Assembly (NCBI GenBank): GCA_030019075.1 | Contig: JASEHD010000003.1 | Span: 1 to 58,676, forward strand | Direction: 5' to 3' | DNA: 58,676 nucleotides | Origin: Bacteroidota bacterium | GTDB taxonomy: Bacteria; Bacteroidota; Ignavibacteria; UBA10030; SZUA-254 | Part shown: positions 30,274 through 39,915 of the stretch, piece by piece | How positions within the stretch are numbered: the first letter of the stretch is position 1 | Layout: each line of letters opens with the position of its first letter | Translations under genes and position numbers: made by a program | The notes under the pieces: generated by a model | The model's database searches: none | The model's input: the letters and a program-made list of their open reading frames with translations, nothing else | What the model was told of the DNA's origin: nothing

Positions 30274-30590
30274 ATTTTAATATTACAGATATTCCGTTGA
30301 ATTCTTATTTGGCATTGAGTGCTATATTATTTTCCATTGGTGTTATCGGTGTTCTTACCCGGCGTAATGCTATAGTAGTTTTCATGTGCATAGAGCTGAT
30401 GCTTAACTCAGTAAACCTCACGCTGGTAGCATTCTCTGCCTTTCACGGAAATATAACCGGACAAATACTTGTGTTTTTCGTAATGGCAGTCGCTGCTGCG
30501 GAAGCTGCGGTTGGGTTAGCAATCATCATCGCCCTCTTCCGCAACAAGATGACTATGAATATTGATGAAATTAATATTATGAAATGGTGA
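30270..30590 (+). CDS. nuoK: NADH-quinone oxidoreductase subunit K
   Basis: 106 aa, ND4L-like ([24 protein letters not shown]...[11 protein letters not shown]). Confidence 0.9.
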   Translation: MNFNITDIPLNSYLALSAILFSIGVIGVLTRRNAIVVFMCIELMLNSVNLTLVAFSAFHGNITGQILVFFVMAVAAAEAAVGLAIIIALFRNKMTMNIDEINIMKW

Positions 30591-30595
30591 TAAAT

Positions 30596-30662
30596 GATTT
30601 CGGATTTCGGATTTCAGATTTCGGATATTTTTAAACATATCTCATATCTCACATCTCATATC
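30596..30662. repeat. Two back-to-back heptamer tandem arrays in the nuoK-nuoL spacer
   Basis: The unit GATTTCG or a close variant occurs 4-5 times (30596-30630). The unit ATATCTC or a close variant occurs about 4 times (30637-30662). Confidence 0.8.
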
Positions 30663-30673
30663 GGCTGAGAGTT

Positions 30674-32623
30674 ATGCACGAGTATATAAGTTATATTGTA
30701 CTACTTCCATTCATCGGGTTCCTGATTAATGGTATTTTTGGGAAGAAGTTTTCCGAAAAGTTTAGCGGCATCATAGGCAGTAGCGCGGTTGGGATTACCT
30801 TTGCTATTGCTGTAATGATTTTCTTCGAGATGCTCAAGCTGCCGGTGGAGGAGCGTTCACATATCGTTACAATATTTAGTTGGATTGCTGCCGGCTCGTT
30901 ATCAATCAATGCCGCTTATCAAGTTGATCAGCTTTCGATATTGATGACGCTGATTGTTACAGGTGTAGGTTTCCTGATTCATGTTTATTCAATCGGCTAC
31001 ATGCACGGAGATAAGGGTTTCTGGAGGTTCTTCGCTTATCTGAATTTATTTATCTTCATGATGCTGAACCTTGTTCTTGCGGATAATTTTCTCCTGATGT
31101 TCCTTGGATGGGAGGGAGTTGGACTTTGTTCATATCTTCTCATCGGTTTCTGGCATGATAAGAAATTTGACACAGGTGGTTATAAAACTGGTGAAGCTAC
31201 CACGAGCGATGCAGCGAAGAAAGCATTCGTGGTTAACCGTATTGGTGACTTCGGATTTTTGATTGCGATGTTCCTGATATTCAATCTGTTCGGCACCTTA
31301 GCGTTCGAAGATGTCTTCAGCCGTGCATCAGCTATCATTCCGATTGGCGATACAACAATGTTCTGGATTACGCTGCTGTTGTTCCTCGGCGCTACTGGAA
31401 AATCTGCTCAGATTCCTCTCTTCGTCTGGCTGCCCGATGCGATGGCAGGTCCTACGCCTGTGAGCGCACTCATTCACGCCGCCACGATGGTAACCGCTGG
31501 TGTGTACATGGTTGCTCGATGTTCAGTTCTGTATGCTCTTGCACCTGCTTCGATGGAAATTGTTGCAATTGTTGGAATAGCGACGGCATTTTTTGCCGCA
31601 ACAATGGGGTTAGTGCAAAATGACATCAAGAAAATTCTTGCATACTCTACGATCAGTCAGCTTGGATACATGTTCCTCGGACTCGGTGTTGGTGCATTTG
31701 CAGCAGGTATTTTCCATGTGATGACACATGCGTTTTTTAAAGCGCTGCTTTTCCTCGGTGCTGGCGCAGTTATTCATGCGATGCACGATGAGCAGGACAT
31801 CCAAAAGATGGGTGGATTAAAATCGAAGATGCCGGCAACGTACAAAACATTTTTTATTGCCGCACTGGCAATTGCTGGCATCCCGCCGCTTTCTGGATTT
31901 TTCAGTAAAGATGAGATTTTGTGGAAGGCATTTTCAGATGGCTCGGTAGTTTATTTTATAATTGGTTGGATAACTGCTGGGTTGACTGCATTCTACATGT
32001 TCCGACTTGTCTCGTTAACCTTTGAAGGCAAAGAGCGCTGGTCGCACGATAAACATCCACACGAAGCACCAAAAGTAATGACTGTGCCGTTGATAATTCT
32101 CGCCGTACTTTCTGTAGTCGGCGGATTTGTTGGAATCCCACATGCCCTCGGCGGCGGCAACGCAATCGAGCAATGGCTTGAACCAATCTTTAAGCGGGCT
32201 AATTTGCATTTAGCAACCGGTCATCATTCAGGTTTAACTACCGAATATTTATTGATGATTCTTTCTGTATTTGTAGGTGTTGCCGGAATTTATTTCGCCC
32301 GAAAACTCTATCTCCAAAATCCCGAGCTTGTTGAGAGACTCACAACTTCGTTCCGCAATATTCACAAGTTGTTATGGAATAAATACTTTGTTGATGAGAT
32401 TTACGATGCCACAGTTGTTACACCAATCGTCAAAGGATCGGATAAGTTGCTGTGGAAGGGATTCGACGTTGGAATAATTGATGGAATTGTAAATGGTTCT
32501 GCGAAGTTAACAGCATGGATCAGCAGTTGGATGCGGAAGATTCAATTCGGCGCTGTGCAAAACTATGCGATGGTGTTTGTCCTTGGAATAATTATAATTT
32601 TAGGAATACTAATTTTAAAATAA
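30674..32623 (+). CDS. nuoL: NADH-quinone oxidoreductase subunit L
   Basis: 649 aa, ND5-like (GWEGVGLCSYLLIGFW, SAQIPLFVWLPDAMAGPTPVSALIHAATMVTAG). Has the long C-terminal extension typical of the NuoL lateral helix. Confidence 0.9.
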   Translation: MHEYISYIVLLPFIGFLINGIFGKKFSEKFSGIIGSSAVGITFAIAVMIFFEMLKLPVEERSHIVTIFSWIAAGSLSINAAYQVDQLSILMTLIVTGVGFLIHVYSIGYMHGDKGFWRFFAYLNLFIFMMLNLVLADNFLLMFLGWEGVGLCSYLLIGFWHDKKFDTGGYKTGEATTSDAAKKAFVVNRIGDFGFLIAMFLIFNLFGTLAFEDVFSRASAIIPIGDTTMFWITLLLFLGATGKSAQIPLFVWLPDAMAGPTPVSALIHAATMVTAGVYMVARCSVLYALAPASMEIVAIVGIATAFFAATMGLVQNDIKKILAYSTISQLGYMFLGLGVGAFAAGIFHVMTHAFFKALLFLGAGAVIHAMHDEQDIQKMGGLKSKMPATYKTFFIAALAIAGIPPLSGFFSKDEILWKAFSDGSVVYFIIGWITAGLTAFYMFRLVSLTFEGKERWSHDKHPHEAPKVMTVPLIILAVLSVVGGFVGIPHALGGGNAIEQWLEPIFKRANLHLATGHHSGLTTEYLLMILSVFVGVAGIYFARKLYLQNPELVERLTTSFRNIHKLLWNKYFVDEIYDATVVTPIVKGSDKLLWKGFDVGIIDGIVNGSAKLTAWISSWMRKIQFGAVQNYAMVFVLGIIIILGILILK

Positions 32624-32686
32624 AACCCTCACTTTATTAGGATGGTCAAAATATATTTCTTAGAGCTTCTTATTGATCTTTGTGAA

Positions 32687-32744
32687 CTTAGTGGTTAATA
32701 AAAGATTTACCACTAAGGCACTAAGAGCACTGAGGTTCACTAAG
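32687..32744. repeat. 9-bp perfect hairpin plus a CACTAAG motif array in the nuoL-nuoM spacer
   Basis: CTTAGTGGT (32687-32695) pairs with ACCACTAAG (32709-32717). CACTAAG or CACTGAG recurs at 32711, 32719, 32728 and 32738. Confidence 0.75.
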
Positions 32745-32811
32745 TATTTTAAGTTAACTTCATCAGCTAATGATCAAAAGAGGGAAATAAATAAAATGAT
32801 AACAGAATTTA

Positions 32812-34413
32812 ATGACTAATCTTCTCACATACATAATATTTCTTCCGCTTGTTGGCGGGTTATTGATCTTTTTTTATAATCGGGAAAAAGTAACTGCGAT
32901 TAAAGTGTTTGGAATAGCTATCAGCGTTCTTACATTTTTACTTTCGTTATTATTATACTTTGGATTTGATACAGCGAATCCGGGTATTCAATTCCAGCAT
33001 AAAGTTCTCTGGATTTCAAGTCTAAATATCTCTTACAATGTAGGAATAGATGGACTATCTCTGCTCCTTGTAATGCTAACAACATTCCTTACACCCATTG
33101 CATTGCTCTCTTCGTGGAATTCAATCGAGAAGCGGGTGAAGGAATACACCATCATGATGCTCTTCCTCGAAGTTGGAATGTTGGGTGTCTTTAGTGCATT
33201 AGATATGTTCCTTTTCTACATCTTCTGGGAAGCGATGTTGATTCCAATGTACTTCATCATCGGAGTGTGGGGTGGAGGAAACAGAATTTATGCTGCCATA
33301 AAGTTCTTCATTTATACAATGTTCGGCAGCTTGCTGATGCTTGTTGCAATTATCTGGCTCGGATATTACGCTTCCACACAACCTAACGGACAATTCACAA
33401 CCGACCTGATGCAGCTTTATAACATCGGTCCAACAATTCCACTTACCATTCAATCGTGGATGTTTCTTGCATTCACATTAAGTTTTGCAATTAAAGTTCC
33501 GTTGTTTCCTTTTCACACGTGGTTGCCAGATGCACACGTTGAAGCACCCACCGCTGGAAGTGTTATTCTTGCTGGTGTTCTGTTGAAAATGGGAACGTAT
33601 GGTTTGCTGCGTTTCTCTATACCTCTTTTCCCCCAAGCAACATTTGAATTCATGCCATACATGGCAACTCTTGCTGTTGTTGGTATTATTTATGGTGCAC
33701 TCGTCTCAATGGTTCAAACTGATATCAAGAAGCTTGTTGCTTATTCTTCAGTGAGTCATCTGGGATTTGTTGTTCTTGGTATTTTCGCACTTACCGAAGA
33801 AGGCATTCAAGGCGCGATTATTCAGATGGTTAATCACGGACTATCAACCGGGGCTCTCTTTTTAATAGTCGGTATGATTTACGAACGCAGGCACACACGC
33901 GAGATTGTTGAGTTCGGTGGATTGGCGAAAGTAATGCCGCTCTTTTCAACTTTCTTCATGATTGTATCGCTGTCATCAATTGGCCTTCCCGGGCTTAATG
34001 GATTTGTTGGTGAGTTCTTGATTTTGCTCGGTGCATTCCGCTCTCCATTTATGAGTCAGTGGTTTACAATATTTGCGGCAACCGGAGTGATCTTTGCAGC
34101 AGTTTATCTCTTATGGGTGTATCAGCGAGTGATATTTGGTAAAATCACCAATCCTCTCAATCAAAATCTTCTCGATCTTTCGAAACGTGAGATTGCCGTT
34201 CTTGTACCTGTATTATTGTTTATCGTTTGGATTGGAGTTTATCCAAATACATTTCTTAAACAATCAGCATCAACAACTAAACAAATCGTTCGTTCTTTTG
34301 AACCGCAATCTACGGGCAAGAGATATACACGGTTAGCGGGACAAAAACAGTCAAATCAAATATCACCATTACCCGAGGTGAGTGCAAGTGAAAAACTTTT
34401 CGAGTTGCGATGA
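32812..34413 (+). CDS. nuoM: NADH-quinone oxidoreductase subunit M
   Basis: 533 aa, ND4-like (FYIFWEAMLIPMYFIIGVWGG, KVPLFPFHTWLPDAHVEAPTAGSVILAGVLLKMG). Confidence 0.9.
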   Translation: MTNLLTYIIFLPLVGGLLIFFYNREKVTAIKVFGIAISVLTFLLSLLLYFGFDTANPGIQFQHKVLWISSLNISYNVGIDGLSLLLVMLTTFLTPIALLSSWNSIEKRVKEYTIMMLFLEVGMLGVFSALDMFLFYIFWEAMLIPMYFIIGVWGGGNRIYAAIKFFIYTMFGSLLMLVAIIWLGYYASTQPNGQFTTDLMQLYNIGPTIPLTIQSWMFLAFTLSFAIKVPLFPFHTWLPDAHVEAPTAGSVILAGVLLKMGTYGLLRFSIPLFPQATFEFMPYMATLAVVGIIYGALVSMVQTDIKKLVAYSSVSHLGFVVLGIFALTEEGIQGAIIQMVNHGLSTGALFLIVGMIYERRHTREIVEFGGLAKVMPLFSTFFMIVSLSSIGLPGLNGFVGEFLILLGAFRSPFMSQWFTIFAATGVIFAAVYLLWVYQRVIFGKITNPLNQNLLDLSKREIAVLVPVLLFIVWIGVYPNTFLKQSASTTKQIVRSFEPQSTGKRYTRLAGQKQSNQISPLPEVSASEKLFELR

Positions 34414-34416
34414 TTG

Positions 34417-34998
34417 ATGTCGGACAGAAAACAAAATATTCATTTACCGGGTCTGATAATCCTGGCAGTAATTCTTTTTGGATTATGGCTTGTCTTTAGC
34501 GCTCACTTTGATGTTTTTCATATCTCTGCTGGTGTAGTTGCTGTAATTATTGTAATTCTTCTAAACTATCGACTTCTCCGGCTCAATTTATATCCTGAGA
34601 TTGATGAACTAAATCCGCCAATAAGAATCCTCCGCATTCTACCTTATACGTTCTGGCTGATAAAAGAAATTTTTATCGCGAATCTGCAAGTCGCCTATCT
34701 GATTATTCATCCTAAGATGCCGATCAAGCCAAGTATGGTACAGTTCACAACAAAACTACCATCGACAGTTGCAAAAGTTATTTTAGGAAATTCTATAACA
34801 CTCACACCCGGTACACTAACTATTGATATCGATAGCGATGTATTTTTAGTGCATAGTCTAACGCCATCAAGCGCTGGCTCGCTCGAAAGCGGTGAGATGC
34901 AGAAGCGCGTTCTGAAATTATACGGAGATAACATCTCCCAATCTGTATCAGATTTCCAACATCTCGATAACATTGATTCGGAAAAGCCGCATGGTTGA
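34417..34998 (+). CDS. Mrp/Mnh antiporter subunit E-like
   Basis: The ATG lies 4 nt after the nuoM stop (the ORF track starts at the TTG at 34414). Carries the MnhE signature GNSITLTPGTLTID...LVHSL. Confidence 0.8.
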   Translation: MSDRKQNIHLPGLIILAVILFGLWLVFSAHFDVFHISAGVVAVIIVILLNYRLLRLNLYPEIDELNPPIRILRILPYTFWLIKEIFIANLQVAYLIIHPKMPIKPSMVQFTTKLPSTVAKVILGNSITLTPGTLTIDIDSDVFLVHSLTPSSAGSLESGEMQKRVLKLYGDNISQSVSDFQHLDNIDSEKPHG

Positions 34999-35260
34999 GA
35001 TTATTATTATGACAACAATTGCCCTCTCGGTGGCTATGGTCATTCCATTTTATCGTGTTGCGGTTGGTCCCACAGTCTACGACCGCATACTTGGTGTTGG
35101 AGTGATGGGAACGAAAGCAATCGTTTTGATAACATTAGTTGGTTTTATCTTTGATCGTTTCGATATGTTCATTGATATCGCACTGGCTTATGCGCTCCTA
35201 AATTTTATCGGAACCGTTGCGGTAGCAAAATATCTGGAGCGAAAGGGGATAGAACATTAA
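34991..35260 (+). CDS. Mrp/Mnh antiporter subunit F-like
   Basis: GPTVYDRILGV signature. The ATG at 34991 overlaps the upstream stop (ATGGTTGA). The ORF-track alternative is the TTG at 34973. Confidence 0.8.
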   Translation: MVEIIIMTTIALSVAMVIPFYRVAVGPTVYDRILGVGVMGTKAIVLITLVGFIFDRFDMFIDIALAYALLNFIGTVAVAKYLERKGIEH

Positions 35261-35595
35261 TGAATATTCTTGATATTCTTGGAAGTGTTATTCTTGTGGC
35301 AGGTCTTATTTTCGTGTTGATTGGAAGTATCGGTATAATTCGCTTTCCGGATTTCTATACAAGAACACATGCCGCTGGTAAGTGCGATACACTTGGACTT
35401 GTGCTTGTTTTAATTGGCTTAGGTTTTCACGTGGAAGGTATGTTAAATACGATCAAGTTGTTGCTGATAGCTGTTTTTATTGCAATTGCAAATCCGACTG
35501 CTACACATGCTATTGCGCGTGCTGCGTATCGTTTAGGATTGAAGCCATTGCTTGATCTAAAATCAAAAGATTCACAGAATGACACTCTATCTTGA
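35260..35595 (+). CDS. Mrp/Mnh antiporter subunit G-like
   Basis: IGSIGIIRFPDFYTRTHAAGKCDTLG signature. TAATG overlap with the upstream gene. Confidence 0.85.
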   Translation: MNILDILGSVILVAGLIFVLIGSIGIIRFPDFYTRTHAAGKCDTLGLVLVLIGLGFHVEGMLNTIKLLLIAVFIAIANPTATHAIARAAYRLGLKPLLDLKSKDSQNDTLS

Positions 35596-35824
35596 AATAA
35601 TTATTTATTTACTTTTGATAGGTTGTGCGATAATTGCGCTTCGTGTAAAAGATTTACTTGCCGCTATTGTTGTGCTCTCGGCATATAGTTTATGTTCGGC
35701 ATTTCTGTTCGCAGTAGTTGGGGCAGTTGATGTTGGTTTTACCGAAGCTGTAGTGGGTGCGGGTCTTTCAGGGCTTCTATTTTTGGCAGCACTGTTCTAC
35801 ACATCAAGAAAGTCGGCGGATTGA
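35579..35824 (+). CDS. MnhB N-terminal-type small subunit (DUF4040 / MbhD-like)
   Basis: 81 aa with 3 transmembrane helices (..VDVGFTEAVVGAGLSGLLFL..). 17-nt overlap with the upstream gene. Confidence 0.7.
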   Translation: MTLYLEIIIYLLLIGCAIIALRVKDLLAAIVVLSAYSLCSAFLFAVVGAVDVGFTEAVVGAGLSGLLFLAALFYTSRKSAD

Positions 35825-36129
35825 AGATTTTATCTTACATATTGCTGATTGTGTTTGGTATGCTTCTCGTTTACGCTGCAACTGAACTACCAATGCGTGG
35901 TAGTATCGATGCCCCATGCAATGTTGATTCCTCTTTAACAGGTACGCCAGGAGCTTCAACATATTACATTCGCAACGCTCAGAAGGAAATGAACACACCA
36001 AACATGGTTACTGCAATCCTTGCAGATTATCGTGGTTACGATACGCTTGGTGAAACAACAGTAATCTTCTGTGCCGGTATTGTCGTCTTTTTAATTCTCC
36101 GAAAGTTGAAAGATGGTAAAAAAATCTAG
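35821..36129 (+). CDS. MnhB-related small subunit (MbhE-like)
   Basis: TTG start overlapping the upstream stop. Carries the NMVTAILADYRGYDTLGETTVIF motif characteristic of MnhB-domain proteins. Confidence 0.7.
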   Translation: MKILSYILLIVFGMLLVYAATELPMRGSIDAPCNVDSSLTGTPGASTYYIRNAQKEMNTPNMVTAILADYRGYDTLGETTVIFCAGIVVFLILRKLKDGKKI

Positions 36130-36553
36130 CAGCATTATTGTCGGAATTGTTAGCCGTGCGATTGTGCCGTTCATACAGTTGTTCGCGTTATATGTGATTG
36201 TGCATGGTCATTCGAGTCCGGGTGGCGGCTTTCAAGGCGGTGCGTTGTTAGGTGCGAGTATCTTGTTATTACGTTTAACGGTAGGTAGAGAGGGAAGTGA
36301 ACTTGTTTTCCCGGAACGCATGGGTACACCGATGAGCGGCTTCGGAGTTTTTATTTATGCCTTTGTTGGTGTTGCGGCAATGATTGGCGGTGGAGTTTAT
36401 TTGAACTATGCTTTCCTCCCGATTGGCGGAATGCAGCCGGCTGAACTTCGCTCGCTTGGGATTCTGTTAGTTGAAACCGGAGTTGGTATAGGTGTCATGG
36501 CAACGATGATTGTTATCTTCGATGATATTGCGAAAGGGAATTTCCATGATTGA
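36113..36553 (+). CDS. Mrp/Mnh antiporter subunit B core (MbhF-like)
   Basis: ..LFALYVIVHGHSSPGGGFQGGALLGASI.. signature. 17-nt overlap with the upstream gene. Confidence 0.8.
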   Translation: MVKKSSSIIVGIVSRAIVPFIQLFALYVIVHGHSSPGGGFQGGALLGASILLLRLTVGREGSELVFPERMGTPMSGFGVFIYAFVGVAAMIGGGVYLNYAFLPIGGMQPAELRSLGILLVETGVGIGVMATMIVIFDDIAKGNFHD

Positions 36554-36914
36554 GCAATTCCTCGGTCATAGTGCATACTTCTTCATCGTCATTCTTCTCC
36601 TTATCGGAATGTACGGAATGCTTTTCAAAAAAAATCTAATAAAAAAATTGATTGGCATGAACATCCTTCAATCATCCATAATACTTTTTTACGTGGTGAG
36701 TGCTTATAAATGGAATGCTACAGTCCCTGTGCTTGACCCACGATTGGGTGAACCTATTCCGATGCAATACATAAATCCACTTCCTCATACATTGATGCTG
36801 ACTGCAATCGTTGTAAGTGTTGCCACAACAGGCGTAGCGCTCGCTTTGATTGTTGTGCTTTACAAACGTTATCATACGTTGGACGAAGATGAACTATTGG
36901 AGCGAATGAAATGA
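36546..36914 (+). CDS. Mrp/Mnh antiporter subunit C-like (NuoK paralogue)
   Basis: The ATG at 36546 overlaps the upstream stop (ATGATTGA), whereas the ORF track starts at 36510. Motifs LIKKLIGMNILQSS and NPLPHTLMLTAIVVSVATTGVALAL. Confidence 0.8.
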   Translation: MIEQFLGHSAYFFIVILLLIGMYGMLFKKNLIKKLIGMNILQSSIILFYVVSAYKWNATVPVLDPRLGEPIPMQYINPLPHTLMLTAIVVSVATTGVALALIVVLYKRYHTLDEDELLERMK

Positions 36915-38419
36915 TCTGGGAACACTTCCCCGCACTCATTCCGATTTCACTTTTACTTGGTGCCTTGATTTCTGCGCCTCTTGGTATCTGGAAACGTTTC
37001 GTTTCGTATCCGATTGCATTAACTGCTGTAGGAATATCATTCACATCTGCAATCGTTGCATTAATCTACGTGCTGAATGAAGGTAGTTACAGCTATCATT
37101 TAGGTGGCTGGTTTCCTCCGATTGGCATTGAGTATGTAATTGATCCTCTCTCATCGTTCGTCGTTCTTATAGTTGTCGGTGTTGGATTTTTTGTTATGAT
37201 TTACTCTCACCGCTCACTTCAGGATGAATTGTCGATGAAGGAGGTTCAATTCCATGCGGTTGCACTTTTATATTTAGCTGGATTGAGCGGAATGGTTGTT
37301 ACCGGCGATCTTTTCAATCTATATGTCTTCTTAGAGATTGCCTCGCTATCAGCATACGCATTAGTCGCAGTTGGTGAGAAGCGCGCTACATTTTCTGCAT
37401 TTCGGTATCTCATGCTGGGAACGATTGGCGCTTCTTTTTATTTATTGGGACTTGGTTATTTATATTTAGTAACCGGCTCGCTAAATATGGCTGATATTGC
37501 AAAAATAATTCCAATGCTCCATGAAAACACCTTAGTTGCAGTAGCGTTGGCATTGATGGTGGTTGGTATTGGTTTGAAGATGGCATTGTTCCCGCTGCAC
37601 CTTTGGCTGCCCGATGCATACACGTACGCACCATCTGTCGGGAGTGCTTATCTTGCACCTATCGGAACAAAAGTTTCTGCTTACGTTCTCATACGTATTT
37701 TGTTCACCGTTTTTCAGCCGCATTATGTTGAAGAAGTTTTCCCTATAACAACGATCATAGTTTGGTTATCGGCAACCGGAATCATTGTTGGCTCGATTAT
37801 GGCTATCGCTCAAAAAGAATTGAAGCGGATGTTAGCATACAGCAGTGTTGCACAGATTGGATACATCGGGCTTGGAATCGGTTTGGCAAATCCACTTGGT
37901 TTCATTGGGGCTGTGCTTCATATTTTAAACCATGCGATGATGAAAGCCGCCTTGTTTTTAGTAAGCGGTAATCTTCGCTACCGATTCGGCTCAACTGATA
38001 TCTCGCATTTTAATCAGAAGATGCGTATCGCAATGCCCTGGACTTCAGCAGTTTTTGCTGTTGCTTCTCTCTCGATGATCGGTATTCCTCCCACTGCCGG
38101 TTTTTTCAGTAAATGGTATCTCGTTTTAGGAAGTATTGATTCCGGAAATTGGTTTTTTGTTGTTGTGATTGCTCTAAGCAGTCTTTTGAATGCAGTTTAC
38201 TTCTTCAGAGTTTTAGAAAAGATGTATCTTGTTAGGCAAGCTGAGCATGTAAGTTTAGATGCTGATAAATCTTTTCACAAGGAATTCAAAGTGAAAGAGG
38301 CGCCCATCTCGATGCTTATTCCAACCTTAATATTCGGTGCAGCAGTAATTGTGTTAGGATTATTGAATGCCTTAATTGTTAATAACATCATCAAGATTGC
38401 GATACCGAATGGATTGTAA
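36911..38419 (+). CDS. MrpD/NuoM/NuoN-family antiporter-like subunit, copy 1
   Basis: 502 aa with LFPLHLWLPDAYTYAPSVGSAYLAP, LAYSSVAQIGYIGLG and HILNHAMMKAALFL. 4-nt overlaps on both sides. Confidence 0.85.
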   Translation: MIWEHFPALIPISLLLGALISAPLGIWKRFVSYPIALTAVGISFTSAIVALIYVLNEGSYSYHLGGWFPPIGIEYVIDPLSSFVVLIVVGVGFFVMIYSHRSLQDELSMKEVQFHAVALLYLAGLSGMVVTGDLFNLYVFLEIASLSAYALVAVGEKRATFSAFRYLMLGTIGASFYLLGLGYLYLVTGSLNMADIAKIIPMLHENTLVAVALALMVVGIGLKMALFPLHLWLPDAYTYAPSVGSAYLAPIGTKVSAYVLIRILFTVFQPHYVEEVFPITTIIVWLSATGIIVGSIMAIAQKELKRMLAYSSVAQIGYIGLGIGLANPLGFIGAVLHILNHAMMKAALFLVSGNLRYRFGSTDISHFNQKMRIAMPWTSAVFAVASLSMIGIPPTAGFFSKWYLVLGSIDSGNWFFVVVIALSSLLNAVYFFRVLEKMYLVRQAEHVSLDADKSFHKEFKVKEAPISMLIPTLIFGAAVIVLGLLNALIVNNIIKIAIPNGL

Positions 38420-39915
38420 TGCCAATTGATGTTTACATATCCACCGTTCCATTTTATGCAGTCATCGTATCGCTGATTGCTGTTCCGTTTATTCTATTCA
38501 GCTCACGAATTCCGAATCTGAGAGAGTTCTGGACACTTGCTGCATCGGTTATCAAATTTCTATTAGTTTTCTCACTTGTTCCGAATGCGCTGAGTAATCG
38601 TGTGGCAGAGTTTACATTTTTTGAGATATCTCCAAACATCTCACTAACACTTCGTGCTGATCCTTTTGGTGTTTACTTTGCTCTAATCGCTTCAGGTTTG
38701 TGGATTCTCACTTCGTTGTATTCGATTGGATATGTGCGAGGATTAAATGAACACAAGCAAACCCGATACTTTGCAAGCTTTGCAGTTTGCTTGTCTTCAA
38801 CCATCGGAGTTGCCTTCGCTGCCAATCTCTTGACGTTTATTGTTTTTTATGAGATGCTCACAATTGCAACGTATCCATTAGTCATTCACAAAGAAACTCC
38901 CGAAGCTATCAGCGCGGGAAGAAAATATTTAATTTATACATTAAGCGCAGGCGTTGCTCTTATTGTAGCAATCGCATGGACGTACAACCTGACAGGTACG
39001 GTAGAATTTCAGTACGGTGGTTTGTTCGGTACTGTTTCTTTACCTGATGAAACAGTTAAAATATTATTTCTGCTTTTCATGGCGGGAGTTGGAGTCAAAG
39101 CAGGTATCATGCCTCTGCATAGCTGGCTTCCAACAGCAATGGCAGCCCCTACACCTGTAAGCGCATTACTTCATGCAGTTGCGGTTGTAAAATCCGGTGT
39201 CTTTGGTGTAGTTCGTGTTGTTGGATTTGTTTTCGGGCCTGAGATGATGAAGAACTACGGATTGAATAACATCCTATTTGTGTTCGCTGGTTTTACAATA
39301 ATTCTTGCATCATTGTTAGCATTACGCGAAGACAACCTCAAGCGGCGACTCGCATATTCAACTATTGGTCATCTTTCTTATATCGTCTTAGGAGTTGCAT
39401 TGTTATCACCCGATGGGGTAACAGGTGGAGTCATGCACCTTGCTGCTCATGCAACGATGAAGATTACACTCTTCTTCTGTGCAGGTGCAATCTATGTGAG
39501 TTTGCATAAAGAAAATGTTAGTGAGTTAGATGGAATCGGAAAAATAATGCCCTGGACGATGGGTGCATTCACAATCGGTGCAATCGGGTTAGCTGGCATC
39601 CCACCGATAAATGGTTTCGTTAGTAAATTCTATATCGGTGCCGGTGCAATAGAATCGCACGATTATTTTGCGCTCGTGATATTATTGGTAAGTGGTTTGT
39701 TGAATGCAGCGTATCTTTTTCCAATCATCGTACGAGCGTATTTCAAAGAATCAAATAATCAGCAATTTAAAAGTGAAGCAAACTTGTTCATGGTTATACC
39801 TATTGTTGTAACAGCAATTCTCTCTCTAATCTTTGGTCTTGCTCCAAATTTGTGGTTCCGTATTTTTGATTTCGGTACAACTGTGGCTAAAAATATTTTG
39901 GGAGGAATTAATTGA
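38419..39915 (+). CDS. MrpD/NuoM-family antiporter-like subunit, copy 2
   Basis: 498 aa with IMPLHSWLPTAMAAPTPVSALLHAVAVVKSG, LAYSTIGHLSYIVLG and HLAAHATMKITLFF. Confidence 0.85.
   Translation: MPIDVYISTVPFYAVIVSLIAVPFILFSSRIPNLREFWTLAASVIKFLLVFSLVPNALSNRVAEFTFFEISPNISLTLRADPFGVYFALIASGLWILTSLYSIGYVRGLNEHKQTRYFASFAVCLSSTIGVAFAANLLTFIVFYEMLTIATYPLVIHKETPEAISAGRKYLIYTLSAGVALIVAIAWTYNLTGTVEFQYGGLFGTVSLPDETVKILFLLFMAGVGVKAGIMPLHSWLPTAMAAPTPVSALLHAVAVVKSGVFGVVRVVGFVFGPEMMKNYGLNNILFVFAGFTIILASLLALREDNLKRRLAYSTIGHLSYIVLGVALLSPDGVTGGVMHLAAHATMKITLFFCAGAIYVSLHKENVSELDGIGKIMPWTMGAFTIGAIGLAGIPPINGFVSKFYIGAGAIESHDYFALVILLVSGLLNAAYLFPIIVRAYFKESNNQQFKSEANLFMVIPIVVTAILSLIFGLAPNLWFRIFDFGTTVAKNILGGIN

Noticed and set aside
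30596-30662. The heptamer arrays considered as a CRISPR or mini-CRISPR.
   Set aside because: The units are 7 nt with no spacers, the total length is under 70 nt, and there are no cas genes. It is a microsatellite-like tandem repeat.
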